Assembly: GCF_937920075.1 (NCBI RefSeq)
Contig: NZ_CALETI010000172.1
Location: 1 to 60,478, forward strand
Direction: 5' to 3'
DNA: 60,478 nucleotides
Source: an uncultured Agitococcus sp.
GTDB taxonomy: Bacteria; Pseudomonadota; Gammaproteobacteria; Pseudomonadales; Moraxellaceae
The notes beneath the pieces were generated by a model. That model was not told where the DNA came from and searched no databases. It saw nothing but the letters and a program-made list of their open reading frames with translations. Both the position numbers and the translations under genes were made by a program. Each line of letters starts with the position of its first letter. Position 1 is the first letter of the stretch. Shown here piece after piece: positions 31,771-41,540 of the stretch.

Positions 31771-33032
31771 GGGGATTCTCTTAATAGCTGAGCAGTATTG
31801 ATAGCAGTTAACAATTGATGAGCCACAGCCCGAATCACAGGCACAGTCACAGAGTTACCAAATTGTTTATAAGCTTGAACATCTGAAACAGCATCAACAA
31901 TATAGTTTTCGGGAAAACCTTGTAATCGAGCACATTCACGAGGTGTTAATTTGCGTGGACGTTTATTAAGCTCAGTTTGATCAATTAGAATTTCACTACC
32001 ATCTTTATAATAGCGTGCGCTTAATGTATTGGTATGTGTGCTATTTGCATTAAATAAAGAATAGCCAAAACCATTACCTTTATTCAAATGCTCAGATTTA
32101 CGACGAACATGACCTGCCCAGAGTTTTTCAGAAATTGTATATTTTTCATCAATATACTGAGAGTCTTCAAGAATGTCGCCAACACGTGTTGGCACACAAG
32201 GGGGGGTTGGCCAATTAAATACCTTGGTAAAATCTATAGATTCGCCAAAATAATCACGATTAAAACCCACAATAAAAATACGTTCTCGATTTTGCGGAAT
32301 ACCAAAATCTGCGGCACGTAATACTTTATAAAAAACTTGATAATTTAAACGATGACTTAATGCGGCACGTGCATCATCAGACATTGGAATATCTAAAGGT
32401 AGCTCTTGAACATTGCGTCCTTCGAGAATATCTAAAATGGTGGCTAAAGTACGGCCTTTTTCATGGCCTTGTAATTGTTTAACATTTTCGAGCATAAAGG
32501 CTTTTGGGCGTTTTTGAGCAAGAATACGTTGAATTTCAAAGAACATTGTACCCCGAGTGTCACTAAAGCCGCGTTTTAAGCCTGCTTGCGAAAAAGCTTG
32601 GCAAGGGAAGCCCCCTAGCAAAATATCATGGTCAGGAATATCTGTGGCAGCAATTTGGGTAATGTCGCCAGCAGGCAGCTCGCCAAAATTAGCAGCATAG
32701 GTTTTCTGAGCAAATTTGTCCCATTCAGACGAGAAAACACATAAGCCACCTTGTTGTTGATATGGCAAACGAATACCGCCAATTCCTGCGAATAAGTCAA
32801 TAAAACGAAAAGCAGGTGGATGCTTATGTGATTGTTTAAAGGGGACGTGTGTTTTTAGATCACAGATGAGCTGCCATTTACTTGTTGAGGGGTGATGTTC
32901 GCCACGTTCCCAACCGCTCACGGTTCGTTCACCATTATCTTTTAAGCCAAGAAGATGAGCAAACTCTAATTGTGTCATGCCTAATTCTTCTCTTTTATCT
33001 CTGATATTTTTAGCAAAATCTTGAGTTAACAC
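31767..33032 (-). CDS. DNA (cytosine-5)-methyltransferase with N-terminal XRE HTH (M.SsoII-like architecture)
   Basis: HTH (REELGMTQLEFAHLLG..TVSGWERG); motifs FAGIGG, GFPCQ, ENV, QNRER, RECARLQGF, QFGNSV; TRD GNGFGY..TLSARYYKDGSE resembles CCNGG/CCWGG enzymes. Confidence 0.92.
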   Translation of the reverse strand: MLTQDFAKNIRDKREELGMTQLEFAHLLGLKDNGERTVSGWERGEHHPSTSKWQLICDLKTHVPFKQSHKHPPAFRFIDLFAGIGGIRLPYQQQGGLCVFSSEWDKFAQKTYAANFGELPAGDITQIAATDIPDHDILLGGFPCQAFSQAGLKRGFSDTRGTMFFEIQRILAQKRPKAFMLENVKQLQGHEKGRTLATILDILEGRNVQELPLDIPMSDDARAALSHRLNYQVFYKVLRAADFGIPQNRERIFIVGFNRDYFGESIDFTKVFNWPTPPCVPTRVGDILEDSQYIDEKYTISEKLWAGHVRRKSEHLNKGNGFGYSLFNANSTHTNTLSARYYKDGSEILIDQTELNKRPRKLTPRECARLQGFPENYIVDAVSDVQAYKQFGNSVTVPVIRAVAHQLLTAINTAQLLRESP

Positions 33033-33183
33033 AATTACCTAACCTTTAAGTTATCTAGCTTTTTACCCTGATATTTTCGGCTTTTTAGATAGTTAAAGTC
33101 AATCATAAAATTGTTGCGATTATTAAAATATTATTCTTTTCAATGAGTTAAATAATTTAATATTAATGACCCAATGGATTTTT

Positions 33184-33972
33184 ATGAGAAAAATAGATAT
33201 GAACCATCAGATGACTGTAGAAGAAATAAAGGCAGAAATTTTAAGACGTTTTAATGATAAAGTGAGACATAAAAAACCTGATATTGCCAAGGAGGTAAAT
33301 GCTCGACATGACGGCAAACAAGGTCATTGGTTAGAGCAACAAATGGGGCTTAAAGCCAATCGCAGTAATGATCCTGATATGTATGGTTTCGAAATGAAAA
33401 ACCATACTCGTGGTAAAACGACCTTTGGTGATTGGTCAGCAGATTATTATATTTTTAAAGATGCAAATTATGGTATTTCTCGTGATTCATTTTTACAAAT
33501 TTTTGGTAAACCAAACCAAGATAAAAAAGGGCGTTGTTCTTGGTCTGGTGAGCCTGCACCTAAAATTCAGGGGTTTAATAGTTTCGGTCAGCGTTTAGTG
33601 ATTGATAATGAAAATAATATTTTAGCGGTATATTGCTTTAGTCAAGATCAACGACCTCACAAAAGACAAGTTGTTCCACCTAATTTGCAAAAAGAAAATT
33701 TGATTTTAGCTCAATGGCATTATCAATCCATTAAAACAAAGTTAGAAAATAAATTTAATCAATTAGGATGGTTTAAATGTACTCAAAATGCAGAGGGTAT
33801 TTATGATGGATTGGTCTTTGGTCGGCCTATCAATTTTGACAATTGGTTAGCATGTGTGCAAACAGGTGAAGTATTTTTTGATAGTGGCATGTATCAAGGC
33901 AATAGTCGGAATTATTCACAATGGCGGGCAAATAATACGTTTTGGGATAGTTTAATTGTTAGCCGTCATTAA
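33184..33972 (+). CDS. Type II restriction endonuclease, LlaMI family (predicted CCNGG)
   Basis: RHDGKQGHWLE, PDMYGFEMK, KTTFGDWSA, FFDSGMYQGNSRNYSQWRA; divergent to a C5 MTase; exact start uncertain (33166-33199). Confidence 0.8.
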   Translation: MRKIDMNHQMTVEEIKAEILRRFNDKVRHKKPDIAKEVNARHDGKQGHWLEQQMGLKANRSNDPDMYGFEMKNHTRGKTTFGDWSADYYIFKDANYGISRDSFLQIFGKPNQDKKGRCSWSGEPAPKIQGFNSFGQRLVIDNENNILAVYCFSQDQRPHKRQVVPPNLQKENLILAQWHYQSIKTKLENKFNQLGWFKCTQNAEGIYDGLVFGRPINFDNWLACVQTGEVFFDSGMYQGNSRNYSQWRANNTFWDSLIVSRH

Positions 33973-34000
33973 TTAATCTAAAGCCTCGATGTGAGCATTC

Positions 34001-34035
34001 TCCTTCAAGTTATACGTTGAGTCTAACTTGAAGGA
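34001..34035. terminator. 12-bp perfect stem between convergent genes
   Basis: tccttcaagtta / taacttgaagga. Confidence 0.7.
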
Positions 34036-34049
34036 AGTCTTTTGTGATA

Positions 34050-35588
34050 TTAGCAGCTTTTTAACCTTTCCAAAAATGCCATATCCATACGGCTTTTAAC
34101 AGTACGCCAATTGGTATTTAAACGTTGAGCAGCGGCTTCATAATTCTGCGTTTGTGCATACACCAAGGCATAATAACGACCAATCACCGCATCATGGTCT
34201 AAGTTACCAGCCATTATCTCATTGGCAAATTGCTGTTTACAATCTTTGATATTGCCACCACGAGCAGGATAATACGCACCATGAATCAAAATACTACGCA
34301 CACATTGCTCTAACTCACGCATATTCCCTGCCCACGTATAGTTGGGTAAGTGTTGTCTAATCCAGTCATGTGCTTCTTTGGCCACTTCATTGGCAATATC
34401 GGTATTGACAATTTTAGCGGTGACTAAGGTAATTAAATGATGTAATTCATCAGTATTATCAGCCAGTTGTGTGGCTAAAGAGGGTGTACGAATAATATCC
34501 GAACACAAACGATAATATAAATCGGCTCTAAAATGGCCTTGTTCAATCGCTGCGCCTAAATCGCGATGCGTTGCCGAAATAATCTTGCCATAAAACTCAC
34601 GACTTTGATTATCACCGACCCGTTGAAAACGGCGGTTTTGTAACACTCTTAACAATTTTACTTGGACTTCGGCAGGTAACTCACCAATTTCATCCAAAAA
34701 CACACTTTGACTATGTTGAGCCGTTTCTAAATAACCTGCTCGGTCACTGGTTGCACCGGTAAATGAGCCTTTTTTGTGGCCAAACAACTCACTTTCTAAC
34801 AGTGTTAACGGTAAAGCGGCTAAATGCACCGCTTGAAAATCTTGCCAATAATCCCCCTCAAAACGTTGGCTCTTGCCATCAAAGGGAATATAACGTGCCA
34901 AACCAATCGCCGAGGCAACCAATTCTTTGCCTGTACCCGATTCACCCAAAATGAGCGTCGATACTTCGTGCATACGGCTATACAACGAACGATGATAACG
35001 GCGAATATCATAACCAAAAATTGATTGCCAAACTGACATGCGTAAGGCTGCGGCAGCCCGAGATGTGCCTAAAATTGCTCTAAAAATAAAATGAAAGGCT
35101 CGGCGAATTTGAAAAAACAACGCGAACATATGGTCTAGTTGATATTGTGGCAATGCTGCCAATGGTGTATCGGCAAAAATCGACTGCCAATCGACAACAA
35201 ACCGTTTATAAAACGGCATAATCACTTTGCTTAAATGCTCAGAAGTTACCGCCTGAATAAATGCACTCTCATAACGATAATACAAAGCATATAAGGCCAA
35301 CTCACCATAGATTTGCCATTCTTCATCCGTGGGCTGATAACGTTGTTTTAGACGATGTTGGCCAATGGCTAATAATTCTTCAGCCGCTTGCGCCAGTTTG
35401 GCCAAGTTTGGGCTAAAACCTTGATGTGTTGGAGTAATTACCCACACATGAAACGCAGGTGTGTAGTCTGTTCCTAAAATTTGTTTTTCTAAAGCAATCC
35501 GTTCTTCACCAAAAGGGTTAGTAAAACCTAAATTGCCTAAAGCTTTGGCTTTATGTAGTTGAGCAGGGCTAAAGAGTGTATTTGTCAT
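34050..35588 (-). CDS. Sigma54 enhancer-binding protein with unrecognised N-terminal domain
   Basis: Walker A GESGTGKE, GSFTGA loop, Walker B FLDEIG, RADLYYRL, WAGNMREL, C-terminal HTH; the N-terminal ~190 aa do not look like REC, GAF or PAS. Confidence 0.9.
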   Translation of the reverse strand: MTNTLFSPAQLHKAKALGNLGFTNPFGEERIALEKQILGTDYTPAFHVWVITPTHQGFSPNLAKLAQAAEELLAIGQHRLKQRYQPTDEEWQIYGELALYALYYRYESAFIQAVTSEHLSKVIMPFYKRFVVDWQSIFADTPLAALPQYQLDHMFALFFQIRRAFHFIFRAILGTSRAAAALRMSVWQSIFGYDIRRYHRSLYSRMHEVSTLILGESGTGKELVASAIGLARYIPFDGKSQRFEGDYWQDFQAVHLAALPLTLLESELFGHKKGSFTGATSDRAGYLETAQHSQSVFLDEIGELPAEVQVKLLRVLQNRRFQRVGDNQSREFYGKIISATHRDLGAAIEQGHFRADLYYRLCSDIIRTPSLATQLADNTDELHHLITLVTAKIVNTDIANEVAKEAHDWIRQHLPNYTWAGNMRELEQCVRSILIHGAYYPARGGNIKDCKQQFANEIMAGNLDHDAVIGRYYALVYAQTQNYEAAAQRLNTNWRTVKSRMDMAFLERLKSC

Positions 35589-35608
35589 CTAAAAAAAACT
35601 CAATTTGA

Positions 35609-35658
35609 CTTCGACTACGCTCAGTCCACACAAGTGTACTCTGAGCGTAGTCGAAGAG
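35609..35658. repeat. REP-like palindrome (CTTCGACTnCGCTCAG family)
   Basis: cttcgactacgctcag ... ctgagcgtagtcgaag, perfect 16-bp arms. Confidence 0.85.
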
Positions 35659-35666
35659 CTTATCCT

Positions 35667-35801
35667 ACAAAATATGTTTATTGTTCTTGCAAAATATGTA
35701 TATCAGTTTTAATGGCTTTGGCAAATGAAAAGTTGTGATAAATGTATCTAAATGATTTTTATAAATAAAATTATAAAAAAGGGGTTGGCATAGATTTGGC
35801 T
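35667..35801 (+). promoter_or_regulatory. Sigma54 promoter with tandem enhancer sites
   Basis: ACAAAATATGT (35667) and GCAAAATATGT (35689); -24/-12 TGGCATAGATTTGGC (35786-35800). Confidence 0.8.
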
Positions 35802-35835
35802 TTATGAATAACAACTTTATAAGGAGCAAATAACA

Positions 35836-37827
35836 ATGCGAGCTTTATTGCAAAAAACAATTTTAGGTGTTGCCATTAGTACCAGTGTCAGTGTTAGTCA
35901 AAGCACATGGGCAGCAGGTATGTTGCAAGTGGCAGGTGATAAAAACCAAGCGATTCGAATTATTGACCACGATGTGGCAGTGACCATTAATAATGGTTTT
36001 GCCAAAGTCGAAGTGACCCAACGTTTTGCAAACCCTAATAGTGATACGGTTGAAGCGGTTTATAACTTTCCTTTGCCTAAAAGTGCTAGCTTGTCAGAGA
36101 TGTCCATTCTGTCAGGTGAAACACGTTTAAACGGCGAGGTTTTACCCAAAAAGCAAGCCGAAACCATTTATGAAGAGCAAAAAAGCCAAGGCAAAGAAGC
36201 AGGCTTAGCCAAGCAAAACAGCTACAAAAGTTTAGATTTTAAAGTTTATCCCTTAATGCCAAAACAAGATATCACTGTACGTTTTGTCTATTATCAACCA
36301 GTTGTTTTAGATACAGGTGTGGGACGTTTTGTTTATCCATTGTCTGAAGGCGGCACAGACGAAGCAGGCCAACAATTTTGGGCTAAAAATGAACAAGTAG
36401 ATAATTCTTTCTCGATAGATATTAATGTCAAAAGTGCATGGCCGATTGACAGTGTGCGTGCGCCAAACCTTGAGAAAATAGCAAAGATCAGTCATAAAAA
36501 TGCCTATCAATGGCAACTTAAAGCCGAACAAATGGGCAAAAGTCTGAATCAAGATGTGGTGTTTTATTACCGTTTGGCCGACAACCTTGCAGGACGTGTT
36601 GAGGTGATTCCCTATAAAGCGGCTAAAGATAAAGAAGGCACTTTTATGTTGGTGGTCACACCGGGGGTGGATTTAAAACCCTTAAATGCAGGTGCAGATT
36701 ACACCTTTGTTTTGGACGTGTCAGGCAGTATGGACACCAAACTGGCGACTTTAATTAAAGGTATTGAACAAACCCTGGGCAAAATGACGGGTAATGATCG
36801 TTTTAGAGTGGTTGCTTTTAATGATACCGCACAACAAGTGATTCCGATGACTTTGGCCACACCAGACAATGTGCAACAAGCGATTGAGCAATTAAAAAAC
36901 TTACGCAGTAATGGCGGCACTAATTTATATGCGGCTGTGCGCGAAGGTTTAAACCAACTTGATGCAGACCGTGTTAATAACATGATTTTGGTGACTGATG
37001 GCGTGACCAATCAGGGCTTGCTTGAACCCAAAGCTTTTGCTGATTTGGTGAAACAATATGACTTGCGTATTTTTGCCTTTGTCATGGGTAACAATGCTAA
37101 TTGGCCATTAGTCCGCTTAATTGCGGATGCTTCAGGTGGTTTTTATGCAGGTGTGTCTAATGATGATGACATCGTTGGTCAAGTGTTATTAGCCAAAAGT
37201 AAAGTGACCAGTGAGGCTTTGCATCATGTCGATTTAACAATGGATGGCGTAGCCACTTATGACATGGTGGGTAATTTAGGTAAAAAAATCTATCGTGGCC
37301 AGCAAGTTGTCATGTTTGGTCATTATCAACAAGCAGGCAAAGTAAAGTTAGATTTAGCAGCCAGTTTAAGTGGTCAAGACAAAACCTATAGCACCGAATT
37401 TAATCTGCCCGAAGTCGCAACGGCCAACCCTGAACTAGAGAGGTTGTGGGCATTAGCCAAAGTGGAAGATGTACAAAAACTGTCGATGTTGGGTGTTATT
37501 CCCGAAGAAAAAGCCCAAAAAGCGGTGCAAGATTTGGGGGTGAAATATCAAATTGTCACCGAAGAAACGAGCATGGTGGTGCTTAAAGATGATGCTTTTG
37601 CCAGTCGTGGAATTACTCGTCAAAATCAACAACGTATTGCAGTTGAACAACAAGCACAAAGTGTAGCCGCCCAACAAGCACCGCAAAATTATCGTGTTGA
37701 TAACAGTCAACCAACGTTTAATCGACCTGCACATAGTTTAAGCCGTGGTGGTGGTGGGGCAGCCAATCCATTGATGTTGTTAGTATTAGGTTTGTTGGCG
37801 ATGTTTTCGTTCAAACGTCGTCGTTAA
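35836..37827 (+). CDS. Secreted VIT + vWA domain protein with GlyGly-CTERM (rhombosortase-type) anchor
   Basis: Signal peptide; VIT domain (VEVTQRFANP..EAVYNFPLP); MIDAS DVSGSM/GGTN/VTDG; C-terminal GGGG-hydrophobic helix-KRRR. Confidence 0.88.
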   Translation: MRALLQKTILGVAISTSVSVSQSTWAAGMLQVAGDKNQAIRIIDHDVAVTINNGFAKVEVTQRFANPNSDTVEAVYNFPLPKSASLSEMSILSGETRLNGEVLPKKQAETIYEEQKSQGKEAGLAKQNSYKSLDFKVYPLMPKQDITVRFVYYQPVVLDTGVGRFVYPLSEGGTDEAGQQFWAKNEQVDNSFSIDINVKSAWPIDSVRAPNLEKIAKISHKNAYQWQLKAEQMGKSLNQDVVFYYRLADNLAGRVEVIPYKAAKDKEGTFMLVVTPGVDLKPLNAGADYTFVLDVSGSMDTKLATLIKGIEQTLGKMTGNDRFRVVAFNDTAQQVIPMTLATPDNVQQAIEQLKNLRSNGGTNLYAAVREGLNQLDADRVNNMILVTDGVTNQGLLEPKAFADLVKQYDLRIFAFVMGNNANWPLVRLIADASGGFYAGVSNDDDIVGQVLLAKSKVTSEALHHVDLTMDGVATYDMVGNLGKKIYRGQQVVMFGHYQQAGKVKLDLAASLSGQDKTYSTEFNLPEVATANPELERLWALAKVEDVQKLSMLGVIPEEKAQKAVQDLGVKYQIVTEETSMVVLKDDAFASRGITRQNQQRIAVEQQAQSVAAQQAPQNYRVDNSQPTFNRPAHSLSRGGGGAANPLMLLVLGLLAMFSFKRRR

Positions 37828-37832
37828 AAACA

Positions 37833-37935
37833 GCAAAATATGTATGTAAGATAAACATTATTTGTATGTTTTGTTTGGTGTTTATCTTGCATATTATTGA
37901 ATTAAATATAAAAAATAGTTGGCATATATTTGGCT
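37833..37935 (+). promoter_or_regulatory. Sigma54 promoter with tandem enhancer sites
   Basis: GCAAAATATGT (37833) and ACATTATTTGT (37855); -24/-12 TGGCATATATTTGGC (37920-37934), 17 of 18 nt identical to the 35784-35801 box. Confidence 0.8.
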
Positions 37936-37971
37936 ATATCTAAGATAACAATAATCAACGAGGTGTTTATC

Positions 37972-38256
37972 ATGTACAACGATCAAGGTATTCAACAGGA
38001 TTCAGGTTCTTGGGTATTTTTTGTTAAAGCCTGTTTTGTCTGTGCGATTGGGGCTTTAGGTGGTGGTATTTTTATGATGCCTGCCGATATGTGGATTAAA
38101 GGTTATTTGTTGATGGGGATGTTGTTTACTGTTGGCTCAACATTCACTTTAGCAAAAACCTTGCGTGACCAACACGAAGCGCAAAAACTGATTCATAAAA
38201 TCAGCAATGCAAAAACCGAGAAAATGTTGAAAGAGTTGGAAATGAGTGGTGGATAA
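37972..38256 (+). CDS. YiaA/YiaB-like two-helix inner membrane protein
   Basis: SWVFFVKACF..GI...DMWIKGYL.MG.LF...TLAKTLRD.HE; GAGG RBS. Confidence 0.8.
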   Translation: MYNDQGIQQDSGSWVFFVKACFVCAIGALGGGIFMMPADMWIKGYLLMGMLFTVGSTFTLAKTLRDQHEAQKLIHKISNAKTEKMLKELEMSGG

Positions 38257-38323
38257 ATAAAAACTATCCCTCAAAATTTGTAGGGGTTAAAATAGCCAAA
38301 ATTTTTGTAGAGAATTTTTAGCT

Positions 38324-39667
38324 ATGACCCCCGAATTATTGTTACCTGCGGGTAGCCTTGACAAAATGCGTACTGCTTATGACTTTGGTGCCGATGCCGT
38401 ATATGCAGGCTTACCCCGTTACTCTTTACGTGCGCGCAACAACGAATTTCGTTTAGAACAATTAGCCCAAGGCATTAATGAAGCCCATCAACGTGGCAAA
38501 CAGTTTTATGTTACCGCCAATATTTTGCCGCATAACGACAAAGTACGCAGTTTTGTGCGCCAATTGCAACCTGTCGTTGATATGAAGCCTGATGCCTTTA
38601 TTATGGCTGACCCAGGTTTGATTATGTTGGCACGCGAAGCATGGCCAGACGTGAATATTCATTTATCTGTACAAGCTAACACCGTTAACTATGCAGCGGT
38701 TAAGTTTTGGCAAAGTGTCGGTGTTAAACGCATTATTTTATCGCGTGAATTATCCTTAGATGAAATTGCCGAAATTCGTCAACAATGCCCAGATATGGAA
38801 TTAGAAGTGTTTGTCCACGGTGCATTATGTATTGCTTATTCGGGACGCTGTTTGTTGTCAGGCTATTTTAATCGTCGTGACCCCAATCAAGGCACTTGCA
38901 CCAATGCTTGTCGTTGGAATTATAAAATGCACGATGCCGAAGAAAATGATTCGGGTGATATTGTTAAATTACAAGGCTTTGATTTTAATAAAGAGTTAGA
39001 AGAAGCGAATAATAACTTTTCAGCTTGTGGTGGCACAGAGCGTCACCCAGAAGCGGATAAAATTTATTTAATTGAAGAAGCGAGCCGTGAAGGCGAATTA
39101 ATGCCGATTATGGAAGATGAACACGGCACTTATATTATGAACTCCAAAGATTTGCGTGCCATTGAATATGTGGACAAATTGGCCAAGATTGGTGTCAACT
39201 CCTTAAAAGTCGAAGGCCGAACCAAGTCCTTGTATTATGTAGCAAGAACCGCACAAAGCTATCGTCGAGCCATTGATGATGCAGTCGCAGGTAAACCGTT
39301 TAATCCTGAGTTGTTATTAGAATTAGAAGGTTTATCAAACCGTGGTTATACCGCAGGTTTCTTGCAGCGTCATGCTTCTCAAGACACACAAAACTATATT
39401 ACAGGTAATTCTGAAGCCAAGCGTAGTCAGTTTGTTGGCCAAGTCTTATCGGTAGAAGAAGGTTGGGGCGTGGTTGAAGTGAAAAATCACTTTGAATTAC
39501 AAGACCGTTTAGAAATTATCCATCCTCAAGGCAATTTGCAAATTACCTTAGAAAAAATGGTAAACACTAAAGGCGAAGCGATACAAGTGGCTGCAGGCAG
39601 TGGCTTAACAGTTAAAATTCCTTTAGATGCCAGTTATCAAGGTGCACTCTTAGCAAGGTTGTTTTAA
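38324..39667 (+). CDS. trhP: tRNA hydroxylation protein, peptidase U32 family (YegQ/TrhP)
   Basis: PELLLPAG, HLSVQAN, HGALCIAYSGRCLLS, CTNACRW, SLKVEGRTKS. Confidence 0.92.
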   Translation: MTPELLLPAGSLDKMRTAYDFGADAVYAGLPRYSLRARNNEFRLEQLAQGINEAHQRGKQFYVTANILPHNDKVRSFVRQLQPVVDMKPDAFIMADPGLIMLAREAWPDVNIHLSVQANTVNYAAVKFWQSVGVKRIILSRELSLDEIAEIRQQCPDMELEVFVHGALCIAYSGRCLLSGYFNRRDPNQGTCTNACRWNYKMHDAEENDSGDIVKLQGFDFNKELEEANNNFSACGGTERHPEADKIYLIEEASREGELMPIMEDEHGTYIMNSKDLRAIEYVDKLAKIGVNSLKVEGRTKSLYYVARTAQSYRRAIDDAVAGKPFNPELLLELEGLSNRGYTAGFLQRHASQDTQNYITGNSEAKRSQFVGQVLSVEEGWGVVEVKNHFELQDRLEIIHPQGNLQITLEKMVNTKGEAIQVAAGSGLTVKIPLDASYQGALLARLF

Positions 39668-39689
39668 ACGCATTCTATCGCTAAATTTG

Positions 39690-39731
39690 AGCATTTCGTC
39701 GTTAAACTTTGAGGAGTTTTGATGAAATGCT
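39690..39731. terminator. Imperfect stem-loop after trhP
   Basis: agcatttcgtc...gatgaaatgct. Confidence 0.45.
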
Positions 39732-39805
39732 TAAACTATCTTATAAAAAGTGTGATATAACACACAAAAATTATAACGATATAGGGCCGTGTTGTAGATA
39801 TTACA

Positions 39806-41533
39806 GTGATGAATATGACCTATGAATTTGATGCCAAATTACCTATACGTGATCGGCAGAATCTAACGTTAGTAAGACACACGAAGCAGCAAATGCAATT
39901 GTGGGTACAGCGTTTGCCTGTTAATCCTTTAGAGTGTGGCAAAGAATTGTATCAAGTGTTAACGGAGCTAACGACCTTAAATATAGAAGCTGAATTACGT
40001 TTGGAGTTGCTCAGTGTTTTACAAATGCCTGTTTATACACTGATTGCTGCATTAGAAAAGTTTTATTTACAGCAGCCTTTATTATTAGCCATTCAAGGAA
40101 AACGCACTTTAGCCTTAGCTCAAACTTTACGTCAAAACTTAGCCATAAACTACAAAATTATTGCGGTTGAAACCACTGAAAAACTTAAAGGCAAAATGGG
40201 CTTTTTAGATTTTGGACGTAAAGCAGGACAAAGTTTAGCCGCGACAGCCATTCAACATTATATTTTACAAGCGCAACGTATTTTATTAGACAAATATCGT
40301 CAATATGAATTAGCCCCTGTTAGTCTTTGGTATGATATTCATAACTTGGCACGTTTAGCCGAATTGCACGGTTTATTAGATCAAACAGTGTTAAAAACCG
40401 CATATGAAACATCTAATTACACAGTTAGACAAGCGTATTTGGCCACTATTCTTTTGGCATCAAGTCAAGTCAATAAATTACGAGCTAATGAATTAGACTT
40501 GGTTTATCAATACAGTTTATTTTGGTCACAATATTTGCGTATTGATAATAATACAGCAGGTAGTTTGTTGGTGTGTAATAGAGATGATCAATCACCGTTA
40601 TATCATCATCGTGCAGTAACAGCTTATGATAGCTGGTATATTCATGCCTCTAATTTTGCCGATTATTTGCGTCAAGATTTGAGTCAAACAACCATTAAAT
40701 TGCCACCTCATTTACAACGACATTTACTTGCAACATGGTCTTCTGCAAAAGATCGTATGTTTGTTCGTCGTCCAATTAATAAAGCGATTTTGCTAAGTGT
40801 GGGTATGTCGGCTGCACATTATTATGTCAGTGGCCAAGTACAGTTTAAGACTGTGGCTCAAGGTGAAGAAAAAATACAAGAAATTGAGCAGCCAAAACAT
40901 TTATTTGGTTTAGAAGAGGACAAAGTTCCAGAAGAACCTATTGATGCGTGGCAAATTTGTTATGGTTCGGTAGCAGGTATTGATGAAGAAGAAAAAGAAT
41001 TACCGAAAGTACCAACCATGACCTATATGCCTTACCGAGTTAAGGCAGTGAATCGCTCACCAGGTGGATTAAAATTGGTGTGGACGGAACCGCCTCCTTC
41101 ATCATTACGTGTGGGAGAGGTTATTGGGATTAGTGAAGATCGAGACAAGGGTTGGGGCGTTGGCGTATTACACTGGATTCAACAAAAATCTGACAAAACT
41201 ATTGAGATTGGCATTGAGTTGTTAGCAGCACAGCCTAATGCTTGTGGTGTGTGTTTATTAAAAAATAATAAACCTGCTAGCGACTATATGCGTGGTTTTT
41301 TAATTCCTGAAATGCCTTCTGTAGAGAAACCAGCCACGTTAATGACGCTTAATGCAGGTTTAACGGTAGGTAGTATAGTTCGTGTTAGTCAATATGGCAA
41401 AACGGTGGATATTCAATTAACAAAATTGGTGCTATCTACCCAAAGTTTAAGCCAGTTTGAATTTGAGCCTATTCATAAAACAGATGATGGTTTTGACCCA
41501 ATGGCATCTCTGTGGCGTAAATTAGAAGTTTAA
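39806..41533 (+). CDS. FimW-like c-di-GMP receptor (helical N-terminus plus atypical PilZ domain)
   Basis: 575 aa; DRMFVRR (RxxxR) and VNRSPGG (NxSxxG) PilZ-type motifs; VGMSAAHYY; overall resemblance to Pseudomonas FimW recalled from memory. Confidence 0.6.
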   Translation: MMNMTYEFDAKLPIRDRQNLTLVRHTKQQMQLWVQRLPVNPLECGKELYQVLTELTTLNIEAELRLELLSVLQMPVYTLIAALEKFYLQQPLLLAIQGKRTLALAQTLRQNLAINYKIIAVETTEKLKGKMGFLDFGRKAGQSLAATAIQHYILQAQRILLDKYRQYELAPVSLWYDIHNLARLAELHGLLDQTVLKTAYETSNYTVRQAYLATILLASSQVNKLRANELDLVYQYSLFWSQYLRIDNNTAGSLLVCNRDDQSPLYHHRAVTAYDSWYIHASNFADYLRQDLSQTTIKLPPHLQRHLLATWSSAKDRMFVRRPINKAILLSVGMSAAHYYVSGQVQFKTVAQGEEKIQEIEQPKHLFGLEEDKVPEEPIDAWQICYGSVAGIDEEEKELPKVPTMTYMPYRVKAVNRSPGGLKLVWTEPPPSSLRVGEVIGISEDRDKGWGVGVLHWIQQKSDKTIEIGIELLAAQPNACGVCLLKNNKPASDYMRGFLIPEMPSVEKPATLMTLNAGLTVGSIVRVSQYGKTVDIQLTKLVLSTQSLSQFEFEPIHKTDDGFDPMASLWRKLEV

Positions 41534-41540
41534 ATTGATG

